Positions 21,223 through 30,830 of a DNA stretch of 64,000 bases are shown piece after piece (the first letter of the stretch is position 1; each line of letters begins with the position of its first letter). Both the position numbers and the translations under genes were made by a program. The notes beneath the pieces are model-generated. The model saw nothing but the letters and a program-made list of their open reading frames with translations. It did no database searches and was not told the DNA's origin. Origin of the DNA: Promethearchaeota archaeon Loki_b31. Lineage in GTDB: Archaea > Asgardarchaeota > Lokiarchaeia > Sigyniarchaeales > SOKP01. Location: NCBI GenBank assembly GCA_005222975.1, contig NJBI01000003.1, positions 32,001 through 96,000 on the forward strand, in the 5' to 3' direction.

Positions 21223-22350
21223 TTAAATTGGATATTTTCCATATTTTTTCGTTGCGGAAATCATCGTAAGGACGTTTTCAAGTTTACAAGAATTCGTTAT
21301 GTCTGTGCAAGGGCTCAAAATATAACCCCCACCTTCGCCAGCGTCCCGAATGCACTTTTTCACAGCGCTTACAACTTCGTCTTTTGTGCCATAGGGTAAA
21401 AGTTGAGAAACATCAATATTTCCGATCAAACATAGTTTATCTCCATATTTCTCCTTCAGGAACTTCAAATCCATACCTGCCATCGGCTCCAGAGATTGTA
21501 CGCCGTTGAATCCTGCCTCAATCAGCCCTTCAAAATAGGGTTCAGTGAATCCATCAGAGTGAAAGCACACGTATTTACCCGCTTTCCTTAAAACTTGGAT
21601 GGCTTGCTTATAGGCGGGAATTATGAATTCTCGATGGTATTTTGGGTTTATCATAGTAGTGTTCTTTAAAGCAGAATCATCACATATAAAGAAAATGTCC
21701 AAATCCGTTTCTACGTTTAATTTTGCAGCTGTAATTAGTTTTTTAGCCCTTAGCTCGATATAATGTTTAATTTTACTTTTGTTTTTCCGTATCAACTTAA
21801 TTAACAGTCCTAACCCCAAACCCTCCCAAAGAGGCTCTAAAATTGGGTCAAGATGGCAACATGGTACAAATTCATCGGTTGGGAATTTTTTAAGTCGTTT
21901 ATTAATGTTTCTCGCGAAATCTGGAGCTTCTTCCCATTCAATAGCGAAATATGTATCGTGAAAATAATCTGCTTTTTCTTCAGTATCTATATAATTTCCT
22001 AAATAATAAGCGCCCCCCATATCCATATCTCTTTGTTTTAAATAGATTCTACCGTTAATATCAAGATATTTATTATCATCTGGTAATTTCGGTAAAGGAT
22101 GTTCTTGCATGTGTTTCTGGGGAATGAATGTTGGAAACGAATCGAAGTCCCATGACATATCAAAACCAAGCTTATACTCTAAATTATAATCTCTATAAGA
22201 TAGCTTATACTTCCTCTCTTTGGTGTACGAATCCCCCCAATAATTCAGAAGTTCTCGTTGAAATCCTGGCATGATAATCTGGCAAAACAACGGTATGCGA
22301 TCGGGTTCCTCGTGATTAAACGCCTGTATTACTCTTTTCCGAGCACTCAT
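21223..22350 (-). CDS. Uroporphyrinogen decarboxylase / MtaA family protein
   Basis: MSARKRV...EPDRIP, CDD, HSDG, GNID, GGGYIL. ATG at 22350 preferred over TTG at 22374. Confidence 0.88.
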   Translation of the reverse strand: MSARKRVIQAFNHEEPDRIPLFCQIIMPGFQRELLNYWGDSYTKERKYKLSYRDYNLEYKLGFDMSWDFDSFPTFIPQKHMQEHPLPKLPDDNKYLDINGRIYLKQRDMDMGGAYYLGNYIDTEEKADYFHDTYFAIEWEEAPDFARNINKRLKKFPTDEFVPCCHLDPILEPLWEGLGLGLLIKLIRKNKSKIKHYIELRAKKLITAAKLNVETDLDIFFICDDSALKNTTMINPKYHREFIIPAYKQAIQVLRKAGKYVCFHSDGFTEPYFEGLIEAGFNGVQSLEPMAGMDLKFLKEKYGDKLCLIGNIDVSQLLPYGTKDEVVSAVKKCIRDAGEGGGYILSPCTDITNSCKLENVLTMISATKKYGKYPI

Positions 22351-22447
22351 ATTTTCACATTCTCGCAAATTCAATTATTGTATAAGATAAAAAGAAAAGA
22401 AATAATCCGAAAATAAATTTATCTATTTTCAAATTCTAATAAATTAC

Positions 22448-23218
22448 ATGGCAATATTAATTGAAAAAAATTATCCGGTATTTACCATTGTTATTAATAA
22501 TCCCGAAGTTAAGAACGCAGTAGATGGTCCTACAGCTCAAGAATTAAGTGTTGCATTTAGAAAATTCGAAAACGATAAAGAAGCTTTAGTTGCTGTATTA
22601 TGGGGCTCTAATGGAACGTTTTGTTCAGGTGCAAATCTGAAGGCTATTGCTGAAGGGCGAGGAAATAAAATAGAAAAAGAAGGAGATGGTCCGATGGGTC
22701 CAACGCGGATGTTTTTATCAAAGCCAGTTATTGCAGCTATAGCAGGTTATGCTGTTGCAGGAGGATTAGAACTTGCCTTATGGTGTGATATGCGTGTTGT
22801 TGAGAAGGATGCGATTTTTGGAGTATTTTGTCGCAGATTTGGTGTACCTCTTATAGATGGTGGTACTGTGAGATTACCAAGACTTATTGGATTAAGTCGA
22901 GCTATGGATATGATTCTTACTGGACGCCCTGTGAATGCTGAAGAAGCACTCGCGTGTGGGCTTGCTAATCGAGTAGTTGATATAGGTCGATCGAGAATAG
23001 AAGCAGAGAAATTAGCAAGAGAAATTGCGGCTTTTCCAAAAACTTGCATGAGAAATGATCGCTTCTCCGCTTATGAACAATTTGGATTAGATATTAAAGA
23101 TGCGATGGTAAACGAATTTGAATACGGTTTAAAAACCTTAGAAAGCGGAGAATACATAGAGGGGAGTCAAGATTTTGCTAAAGGTAAAGGTAAGCATGGT
23201 AATTTTAAGAAGATATAA
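22448..23218 (+). CDS. Enoyl-CoA hydratase/crotonase family protein
   Basis: FCSGANLK, KPVIAAIAGYAVAGGLELALWCD, GVPLIDGG. Confidence 0.93.
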   Translation: MAILIEKNYPVFTIVINNPEVKNAVDGPTAQELSVAFRKFENDKEALVAVLWGSNGTFCSGANLKAIAEGRGNKIEKEGDGPMGPTRMFLSKPVIAAIAGYAVAGGLELALWCDMRVVEKDAIFGVFCRRFGVPLIDGGTVRLPRLIGLSRAMDMILTGRPVNAEEALACGLANRVVDIGRSRIEAEKLAREIAAFPKTCMRNDRFSAYEQFGLDIKDAMVNEFEYGLKTLESGEYIEGSQDFAKGKGKHGNFKKI

Positions 23219-23253
23219 AATAATATGATATTGTGATTAGATATGGTGATTAG

Positions 23254-23676
23254 ATGATTATGTTTGAAGAATTTAGAGTAAAAACCCCAGAAAGAGAAGT
23301 TTTACTAGAAATTACAAATGAAATTAGAAAGATTGTAAGGAATTCGGGCATAAATAAAGGTGTCTGCCGCGTATTTGTACCTCATACTACTGCGGGAATA
23401 ACTATTAATGAGAACGCAGATCCCTCTGTTATGAAAGATATTTCTAATTATTTGAACAAATTGATACCAAAAGGCGGAAGTTTAGGATATTCTTTTAGAC
23501 ATATGGAGGGTAATTCAGATGCGCATATTAAATGCTCTTTAACAGGACACTCGTTAGAATTGTTGATTCATGAGGGTAGATTAATGCTTGGAACTTGGCA
23601 AGGAGTGATGTTTGCAGAATATGACGGTCCGCGAAACAGGAAAGTCTTAGTCCAAATTCAAGGAGAATTTAATTAA
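23254..23676 (+). CDS. yjbQ: YjbQ / UPF0047 family protein
   Basis: PHTTAGITINENADP, EGNSDAHIK, LGTWQG, EYDGPR. Confidence 0.93.
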   Translation: MIMFEEFRVKTPEREVLLEITNEIRKIVRNSGINKGVCRVFVPHTTAGITINENADPSVMKDISNYLNKLIPKGGSLGYSFRHMEGNSDAHIKCSLTGHSLELLIHEGRLMLGTWQGVMFAEYDGPRNRKVLVQIQGEFN

Positions 23677-23698
23677 AATAATATCAATAAATTATACT

Positions 23699-24937
23699 TT
23701 ATTTCTTTACTAATTTCAAAGTTATAAAGAATGTAATAACTAATAAACCATTAATTAAGTGAAAGGGTAAAAATGTATCGATTTCCCCTAAAAAACTAAT
23801 AATAATTGGTCCAATTGCGCTACACAAAAATCCTATAGCGTTGTTAAATCCGATGCCTGTACCTTTTAAATCCGGATCAATTTTTTCTATAATATTTAAT
23901 AGTAATGTGTTTCCCGCTGGTTCGTACAACGCTAACCCTATCCCAACTAATGTCGTAATAATTAAAAACACAATCAGATTAAAAACAATACTAGTCAAGA
24001 ACGAAAGAGAAAAAATGATAACAATTATCCGCCCCACCAACATCATTTTTCTTGGGCTATGACGATCTGTTAATCTACCAGAGATAACCACAAAAGTTAT
24101 GTAAGCCGCTACGATAAGAATTAAAACATAGCTCGTTTGAATTTCGTCCAAAATAAATTGGACTTGTAAGACCCAAATTAAATATGCCATAATTCCTCCA
24201 AATATAAACCACCTTACGCTATTTAAAAATATATTAATTATAAAGTGCCTTTCTTGTAATAAGATTTTTACATTTGCTAAATTTAGCGACATTTTATTCT
24301 CATTTTTGGGACTTTCTAAATCGGTTTTCACTTTTTTGTTTCCCTTTTCTTTCAAGAAAATAATCATAACTACCCCCGATATTATTGTTAAAATGCCCGA
24401 AATAGAAAATATATTCCTAAACCCGAAATATGAAGAGATGTATCCCCCGATAACGATGCCTCCAAAAGTACCTAAGGACATCGATAACGCGTATAACCCC
24501 ATTCCTTTTCCGTGCTCTTCTTTCTCGTAAATATCACCAATAATTGCTTGTAAAATGGATGTATAAGCTCCTGCCCCTTGAATTGCTCTAAAGATTATAA
24601 GTTGAACAATGTCCTGAGCGATAAAACATAAAAAAGTTCCAATTATGTATATAATCAATCCGATAAATACAACTAATCTTCTACCATACTTATCAGAGGC
24701 ATCAGCGAATGGAAATTGAAACAGTGCTTGCGTTACAGCAAAAATCCCTATTACGATTCCATAAGCGGTAAGTGTTCCAGAGAGGTCTATAATAAAAGAT
24801 GGTAACCCAATATTAACCACGCTTATTCCTAAATTTCTAAAAAATACTCCCATTAAGACAACAAAAAGTAAAATTTTTACGTGCTTTCCAAAATTGCTCT
24901 TTGAACGCTTTAAATTATCCTCAGTTTTAATCCCCAT
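23699..24937 (-). CDS. MFS transporter (DHA1-like)
   Basis: SDKYGRR, FRAIQGAG, about 12 TMs. Confidence 0.9.
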   Translation of the reverse strand: MGIKTEDNLKRSKSNFGKHVKILLFVVLMGVFFRNLGISVVNIGLPSFIIDLSGTLTAYGIVIGIFAVTQALFQFPFADASDKYGRRLVVFIGLIIYIIGTFLCFIAQDIVQLIIFRAIQGAGAYTSILQAIIGDIYEKEEHGKGMGLYALSMSLGTFGGIVIGGYISSYFGFRNIFSISGILTIISGVVMIIFLKEKGNKKVKTDLESPKNENKMSLNLANVKILLQERHFIINIFLNSVRWFIFGGIMAYLIWVLQVQFILDEIQTSYVLILIVAAYITFVVISGRLTDRHSPRKMMLVGRIIVIIFSLSFLTSIVFNLIVFLIITTLVGIGLALYEPAGNTLLLNIIEKIDPDLKGTGIGFNNAIGFLCSAIGPIIISFLGEIDTFLPFHLINGLLVITFFITLKLVKK

Positions 24938-25047
24938 TTATTTTAGAAATTAAGAAATAAATTTAAAGTTATTTTTCGCAATATTTTAAACTTTTAATAC
25001 TCATATTTACATAATCTTAGTTATTATTTTGGAAAAAAGGGATAATA

Positions 25048-26229
25048 ATGGAGTTTGGATTTAATTCTTTATCAAATTTAGCCCAGATTAGGAAAGATGT
25101 GAAGAGAAAAAGAATTTCTAGTTACGATAAAACAGGGGCAAATGCTGATTTCTTTACATTCAAAGGCAATGAAATAAGGGAAATTTGTAACATAGAAGGC
25201 GCTGGAATGATAAAACACATCTGGATGACGATTGCCTCGGGAGATCCTTATTACTTGAGAAAAACAGTTATTAGAATGTGGTGGGATAACGAAGAGCACC
25301 CTTCAGTAGAGTGCCCAATAGGAGACTTTTTTGGGGTAGGCCACGCAAAGACCGCAAATTTTTGGAGTCTGCCGCTTTCTATGGGGCCAGAGGACGGAAA
25401 AGGATTTAATTGTTTTTTCCCAATGCCGTTTTCAAAACGCGCTCGAATAGAAATTGAAAATGAAAGCGATATCGCCTTGGTAGTTTATTTTTATGTTGAT
25501 TACGAAGAATATCACTCGTTAGACTCTACTTATGGTAGATTTCACGTTTTTTGGAATCGCGTAAATCCATGTGAAGGAAGCGATTATGTCAAAAAGAAGA
25601 AAGTGGAATTCAATTTTAAAAAGAATCCAACACACGAGAAAGATTATTTTGTCATGGACGCTGAAGGTGAAGGCCATTTCGTTGGATTTCATTTAGATAT
25701 TCATAATTTATATGAAACTGAGAAGCACAATTGGCCTGGAGAAGGAGACGATTACATAGAGATCGATGACGGTGAAATTATTCTTTATGGAACTGGCACT
25801 GAAGATTATTTTTGCACATCGTGGTGCCCAACTCAATACTATTGCTCACCCTACTTTGGAATTCCATTGCCGGGAGGTAAAAATTGGAGCGGAAAAATAT
25901 CCTATTATAGGTATCACATTGAAGATCCAATATATTTTCACAAAAATATTAAAGTAAAGATAGAGCACGGTCACGCGAATCAAAGGTCAGACGATTGGTC
26001 TTCAACAGCTTACTGGTATCAAGCAGAGCCACATCAGAAATTTAAATCTTTTCCGGTAGTTAACGATAGATTACCTAGAGAAGAACCTAAAGAGATAATA
26101 AATAAAATTTTCACTACCGAAGAACTTCTAGAAATGCCAACCATTTCGCAAGGAACAGCTGAAAGCATAGAAAAGGATATTGAAGAAGAAATGAAAATAC
26201 AAGAGAAATTGACAAATGAAGAACATTAA
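25048..26229 (+). CDS. DUF2961 / glycoside hydrolase family 172 protein
   Basis: SSYDKTGANAD, IKHIWMT, PIGDFFG, GEGDD, GTGTEDYF, EHGHAN. Confidence 0.9.
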   Translation: MEFGFNSLSNLAQIRKDVKRKRISSYDKTGANADFFTFKGNEIREICNIEGAGMIKHIWMTIASGDPYYLRKTVIRMWWDNEEHPSVECPIGDFFGVGHAKTANFWSLPLSMGPEDGKGFNCFFPMPFSKRARIEIENESDIALVVYFYVDYEEYHSLDSTYGRFHVFWNRVNPCEGSDYVKKKKVEFNFKKNPTHEKDYFVMDAEGEGHFVGFHLDIHNLYETEKHNWPGEGDDYIEIDDGEIILYGTGTEDYFCTSWCPTQYYCSPYFGIPLPGGKNWSGKISYYRYHIEDPIYFHKNIKVKIEHGHANQRSDDWSSTAYWYQAEPHQKFKSFPVVNDRLPREEPKEIINKIFTTEELLEMPTISQGTAESIEKDIEEEMKIQEKLTNEEH

Positions 26230-26240
26230 GCCTTTAATAA

Positions 26241-26274
26241 TTACTCTAAAGAGATCGAACCTTAAAAATAAAAA
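26241..26274 (+). repeat. 34-bp direct repeat, copy 1
   Basis: TTACTCTAAAGAGATCGAACCTTAAAAATAAAAA; one mismatch to 27075-27108. Confidence 0.9.
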
Positions 26275-26295
26275 TAAAATTTTTTTTTAAAAATT

Positions 26296-26367
26296 TTATA
26301 AACTCTTTAATTTAGTCAAATGTTCTTCGTGAAGTTCACTTAACTTTTTTTGTTGCTCTATGAAATT
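26296..26367 (-). pseudogene. 3'-terminal remnant of a paralogue of the GPH transporter at 27128-28492
   Basis: Minus strand reads NFIEQQKKLSELHEEHLTKLKSL-stop versus RFTEQQEKLKVLHEERLRKLK-stop; an in-frame stop lies just upstream. Confidence 0.8.
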
Positions 26368-26472
26368 TATATAAAACTATGGCGAGTCTAAGGATATACA
26401 AAAAAAGTAAAAATTTAAGAGAAAGATAAGAGTTTATAATAGTGAGAATTATTATATTAATGATGGTGAATT

Positions 26473-26685
26473 ATGAGTAGAAGCATGATTGAGAAAATTT
26501 TAACTCTGATAAAAGAACTTCCAGAAAATACCCATCCCGAGGATATGGATGAGGCAATGTACCAGCTTTTCGCAAAAAAAGAAATTCTTAAAGGTTTGGA
26601 AGACAGTAGAAAAGGAAATATTATTAGTATAGAAGAATTTAAGAAAAAAATGGCGAAAAAATGGCTGATAGAGAATGGACAATAG
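26473..26685 (+). CDS. Putative type II antitoxin
   Basis: 70 aa, IKELPE...GLEDSRKGNIISIEEF pattern; overlaps the toxin start. Confidence 0.8.
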   Translation: MSRSMIEKILTLIKELPENTHPEDMDEAMYQLFAKKEILKGLEDSRKGNIISIEEFKKKMAKKWLIENGQ

Positions 26686-26978
26686 AATTGTCAAAAAGCG
26701 CAGAAGATAATATGGATCAAATTCTTTTACATATCTCACAAAAAATCTCACACCAACAAGTTCAAGCTTTTTTAAGAGGATTCTATGATACTTTAGAAGA
26801 TATTAAACGCTTCCCAAGAATGTATGCTAAACTATTGGATTTAGATAACCCCAATATTCGTCATTTTATTTATAATAAATACCGGATTGTCTATGAATTA
26901 ATTGAAACAGAAAGGGTAATTAGAATCTTAACAATCTTTCATTCACGACAACAATTAAGATTAAGCAATATCATCTAA
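26661..26978 (+). CDS. RelE/ParE family toxin
   Basis: IELSKSAEDNMDQI, FPRM, YRIVYE, ILTIFHSRQ. Confidence 0.88.
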   Translation: MADREWTIELSKSAEDNMDQILLHISQKISHQQVQAFLRGFYDTLEDIKRFPRMYAKLLDLDNPNIRHFIYNKYRIVYELIETERVIRILTIFHSRQQLRLSNII

Positions 26979-27074
26979 TTTCTCATATAAATCGCTTTCT
27001 GCTTTTGGAGACCATTCTATTTTAATTAATGAAATATATTGGACTCGACAATGATTGATGTCCATTATCTAAAG

Positions 27075-27108
27075 TTACTCTAAAGAGATTGAACCTTAAA
27101 AATAAAAA
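27075..27108 (+). repeat. 34-bp direct repeat, copy 2
   Basis: TTACTCTAAAGAGATTGAACCTTAAAAATAAAAA. Confidence 0.9.
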
Positions 27109-27127
27109 AAGAAAATTTAGACTAAAT

Positions 27128-28492
27128 TCACTTCAATTTTCTCAATCGTTCTTCATGAAGTACTTTTAACTTCTCTTGCTGCTCAGTGAATCTTTTGTAA
27201 TTTAGGGGAAAGAATTTAAAAATTATTAGCCCAATTAATAGACCAATAGCAGGAACAATTGACATTGAAAGTCTTAACCCAATTATTGCTTCAGATGTTT
27301 GAGTTTCTAATTGAGGATCAAATCCGCTAATTAACTGAACAAGTATTAAGGCTAAAGCAGAAAGAATCATTGATAATCTAGCAATAAAGGCTCCAATTCC
27401 ACCATATGTTGCTTCTCGTCTTTTTCCTGTCTTTATTTCATCATAATCAATTGCCGCGGAAATTACTGGTTCAGTCATTAATACTCCACTAATTCCCATT
27501 CCAGGAAAAAGTCCAATAATTGTTAAACTAATAAAATCTTCTGCTAGAAAGAGTGGTACCATACCAATACAAAATATGATCATTGAGAGAGTTAAGCCAA
27601 ACTTTGGCCCTTTTTTTCCATAAATTTTCCACCATAATGGGATGCCACCAAGAATTCCTAATGCTACTCCAATCATCGCAAAACCTTCCATTCCCTCCTC
27701 CATATTTAGAATAAATTTTGCATAAAGAGGAAGAATCATTAAAGTAAAACCAAAACAAAAATCAAGCATTGCGTATGTAATTGATCCAATTAAAAATGGT
27801 TTGTTCGAAAAACATTCTTTAAATGCCTTAAATATAGGTGATGGTTCATCTATTTGAAATTCTTTCCTCTCTTTTGTTCCTAGGAGAGAGAGATACATTG
27901 TAATTGGAATAGTAACCCCCATAATAACTCCCGCCATTGCCCAACTACCTAGTGCAACAGCGATCATTGAAGGAATCATGACTCCAATCATTGACGATAA
28001 AAATGCAATCGTATCGTTTATAGCTACTACTGAAGCTCTTTCCATCTCATCTTCATACATTTCCGTATATAAAGCGCTCCAAGCGGTTATAACTATTGTA
28101 AATCCCGTATCGAATAAAAACAGCATTAACAAACCGTGAAGAAAGACTAAACCCGTATCAGAATATGGGACCCACCACAGTACCATAAAACCTATCGTCA
28201 TTGGAATTGTTCCATAGATAATCCATGGTACCCGACGCCCTCGTTTTGGCTTCAATTTATCCATATAGTAGCCAATTAAAGGGTCGTTGATAGCATTCCA
28301 TATTCCATAGAACATGAGTAGAAGACCAAATTGAATAAGGGAAAGTCCAGCGTATATAGTATAAAAAGTTAATAACCAAGAACCGATCATGTTGTATGGA
28401 AGGGCAGAGGGTACTGCGCCTAATGAATACAGTAAATGTCCTAATCGCGAATGTATTTTATTTCCATCAGATTTTTTAACAGATTCCGTCAT
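27128..28492 (-). CDS. MFS transporter, GPH family
   Basis: WNAINDPLIGY, GRRVPW, IDYDEIKTGKRREATY. Confidence 0.92.
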   Translation of the reverse strand: MTESVKKSDGNKIHSRLGHLLYSLGAVPSALPYNMIGSWLLTFYTIYAGLSLIQFGLLLMFYGIWNAINDPLIGYYMDKLKPKRGRRVPWIIYGTIPMTIGFMVLWWVPYSDTGLVFLHGLLMLFLFDTGFTIVITAWSALYTEMYEDEMERASVVAINDTIAFLSSMIGVMIPSMIAVALGSWAMAGVIMGVTIPITMYLSLLGTKERKEFQIDEPSPIFKAFKECFSNKPFLIGSITYAMLDFCFGFTLMILPLYAKFILNMEEGMEGFAMIGVALGILGGIPLWWKIYGKKGPKFGLTLSMIIFCIGMVPLFLAEDFISLTIIGLFPGMGISGVLMTEPVISAAIDYDEIKTGKRREATYGGIGAFIARLSMILSALALILVQLISGFDPQLETQTSEAIIGLRLSMSIVPAIGLLIGLIIFKFFPLNYKRFTEQQEKLKVLHEERLRKLK

Positions 28493-28498
28493 TTTTAA

Positions 28499-30700
28499 TA
28501 GAGATTTTTCGTGTCAAAAATAAACATGTTTTTTTTGATTAATACTCTTTTTCCACAGCTCTTTTTAAGTACCCTTCCTAATTTGACTTGAATATTTTGA
28601 ATATTTATATATTAAAGGATTAAAATGATTATCGCTTAGAGCAGCATATCAAAAACTCTAAATACTCTATTTGATTACAATATATAAATGAATACAAGAA
28701 TAAAATAAAAGATATATTAGGTGAAAAGGAATATGGTTTATAAAATTATTAGGAATGGTAAGGTCTACATCGTACATGAAATAAATGACTATATTGACCA
28801 CCCCGTCCAGGAAACAATTGATTGTGAAACAAAGGAGGGAATGAACCGCTATAAAAAGTTATTTACCCCGAAGAGAAGGAAGAGGAAAAGCCAAAGATCG
28901 CCACAGCACCTAAGGACTCGACAAACAACGTTGGATGAGTTCTTTTCTTTCAATTGTTCTAACCCACATGAGGATGTCAAGGTCTTAACTCCTGCGGTTG
29001 AGCCACCAATATGTTCAGAAGAAGGCAGAGATCGAGACATTCTCTCGCTTCCAAAGAAGGAAATGATTATAAATCATGTTAAAAAGCTTAAGGCAGACCA
29101 TCAATCATTTGGGCACAGTCGCATTAAAAAAGAGTTACCTGAGTATATGGAGTGTTCCGAAGCTACTATCAGCCGTATCTTACGCGAACATCAGCTCCAA
29201 AACCCGCCCAAACGATTGGCATCAGAAGTTAAAATAGGTATTTGGTGTCCTTCTTTAGCTTCTCATACCGGAGAAAGTTTTTCACTGGAATGTGATGCCA
29301 AAAATGGCATGATTTTAATTTTATTCCTATTTCAACAAATATTGGAGCCATTAATTAAACCTTTTCTAACAGAGAAAGAGATAAAACACGTCCTTGCGTA
29401 TAGTTTAGGGATGCTCTCTGAGAAACCCGTTTATCAGTGCTTGGAGGTAATCCCTCCAAGAATAATGGAGCTCCTTGAATTTGATAAGGTGATAAAGTTA
29501 AAGAATATCCCTGCAATATTAAAAACCTTAGGTTCTCACAAAGATGGCATTACTTCAGAGAAAATTCGCAATAGTAAACCAAATAAGCTGGCACTGGACG
29601 AAAAAGTAATAGAACGGTATTCTAAAAAAGCGCACATTGACACGCACGACGACACCTGTCAAGCAGGATACTTTTATTGTTCGCGGAGGAATAAGAGCGT
29701 GCTGGCGGAGTCTATAGAAGTAATAGCAGATATTAGTCAAGAAGGGATTGCATTACCGCTATATTTTACATTTACTCCGCATTCGCTCACCAAAAAGGAA
29801 CAAGCCATGTTAGCAGAACGCGATATACCTCAGCAATCAGGAACACATCTCGCTTCTCTTGATACCAAAAATAATTCAAGCCTTTCCAAACCTGCTAAAG
29901 GTAAAAGGGCAAAGACGGTGTTTTTGTTATTGGATGTTATTTCAAGCACCATTGGGCAACTACCGCTACGTTTTGACAATAATTACGCACAGAAAGAGTC
30001 CATCCAGCGCCTTCAAGCCGAAAACTGGTCATTTATCGGGCATGGTAAGTCTAATTTAATCGTTGGGAAGTCGTTAAAAAAGCGGATGAAAAAGGAGAAA
30101 TTAAAATACGCCTGCGAATCGATTGACTCCGCTGATCATGGCGGATCTATTAATGTGGTGGGTTATCAAAAAAATGGGCGGGTACATCTTTATCTGACCA
30201 ATGAAACCGATCACGAGTCCACCAAGTCCATTATTGAAGAATATAGACATCGTTGGCGTCTCGAAAATACATTTAAATGGACCCCCTCCATTACACTATT
30301 GAGCGGAAGTGATCCGATAGTTCATATAGGGCAATTAATTATTGCCTTGTACTTCCTATCCTATCTCGTCCATTATTTCCGCGCCGCCACTCCCACCATT
30401 GTCTCTCTACTTGAACATCCTGCGAGCGTGCACTACGAAAATAACATTTTAATCATCACATTTCCCAAGATCCGCAAGTATTTTTGGAATAAATTGGTTA
30501 ATCTTCAGCAAAAGCTGCATGAAACCCATTTTTCTTGCGTTCAAATTAGTTACGAGAATAAAGGACGATAAATTTTTCTTTTTCATGATATTGATTAATT
30601 TCCTCGGTGAAGATACCCTTCCCTCCAACATTTCTTGTTAACGAAGAAGCGATTTCAAGATTTAAAAAGTTTTAAATATTTTTGACACGAAAAATCTCTA
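28499..30700 (+). mobile_element. Complete insertion sequence (2202 bp), IS4-superfamily-type DDE, 24-bp perfect TIRs, probable TTAA target duplication
   Basis: TAGAGATTTTTCGTGTCAAAAATA (28499-28522) is the exact reverse complement of 30677-30700; TTAA at 28495-28498 and 30701-30704; single long ORF inside. Confidence 0.92.
28721..30571 (+). CDS. DDE transposase with HTH and PIP-box-like motif
   Basis: LALD293EK, RFD419NNY, Y508RHRWRLE515NTFK (IS4-like YREK signature), HTH FGHSRI...SEATISRIL, QTTLDEFF at aa 68-75. Confidence 0.88.
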   Translation: MKRNMVYKIIRNGKVYIVHEINDYIDHPVQETIDCETKEGMNRYKKLFTPKRRKRKSQRSPQHLRTRQTTLDEFFSFNCSNPHEDVKVLTPAVEPPICSEEGRDRDILSLPKKEMIINHVKKLKADHQSFGHSRIKKELPEYMECSEATISRILREHQLQNPPKRLASEVKIGIWCPSLASHTGESFSLECDAKNGMILILFLFQQILEPLIKPFLTEKEIKHVLAYSLGMLSEKPVYQCLEVIPPRIMELLEFDKVIKLKNIPAILKTLGSHKDGITSEKIRNSKPNKLALDEKVIERYSKKAHIDTHDDTCQAGYFYCSRRNKSVLAESIEVIADISQEGIALPLYFTFTPHSLTKKEQAMLAERDIPQQSGTHLASLDTKNNSSLSKPAKGKRAKTVFLLLDVISSTIGQLPLRFDNNYAQKESIQRLQAENWSFIGHGKSNLIVGKSLKKRMKKEKLKYACESIDSADHGGSINVVGYQKNGRVHLYLTNETDHESTKSIIEEYRHRWRLENTFKWTPSITLLSGSDPIVHIGQLIIALYFLSYLVHYFRAATPTIVSLLEHPASVHYENNILIITFPKIRKYFWNKLVNLQQKLHETHFSCVQISYENKGR

Positions 30701-30830
30701 TTAATAATTCACATATAAATAAAATTTTTAAAAATCAATTTTTAATTAATATTTTGTTATTCAGTCTTTTAATATTTACATTTTAATGTAATAATATCTA
30801 ATAAAAAAGCTTACGAGTACGAAGTTAAAC

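Noticed and set aside
28495-30704. Calling the IS a piggyBac element
   Set aside because: TTAA alone is insufficient; the ends are TAGAG rather than CC-type and the catalytic motif is IS4-like.
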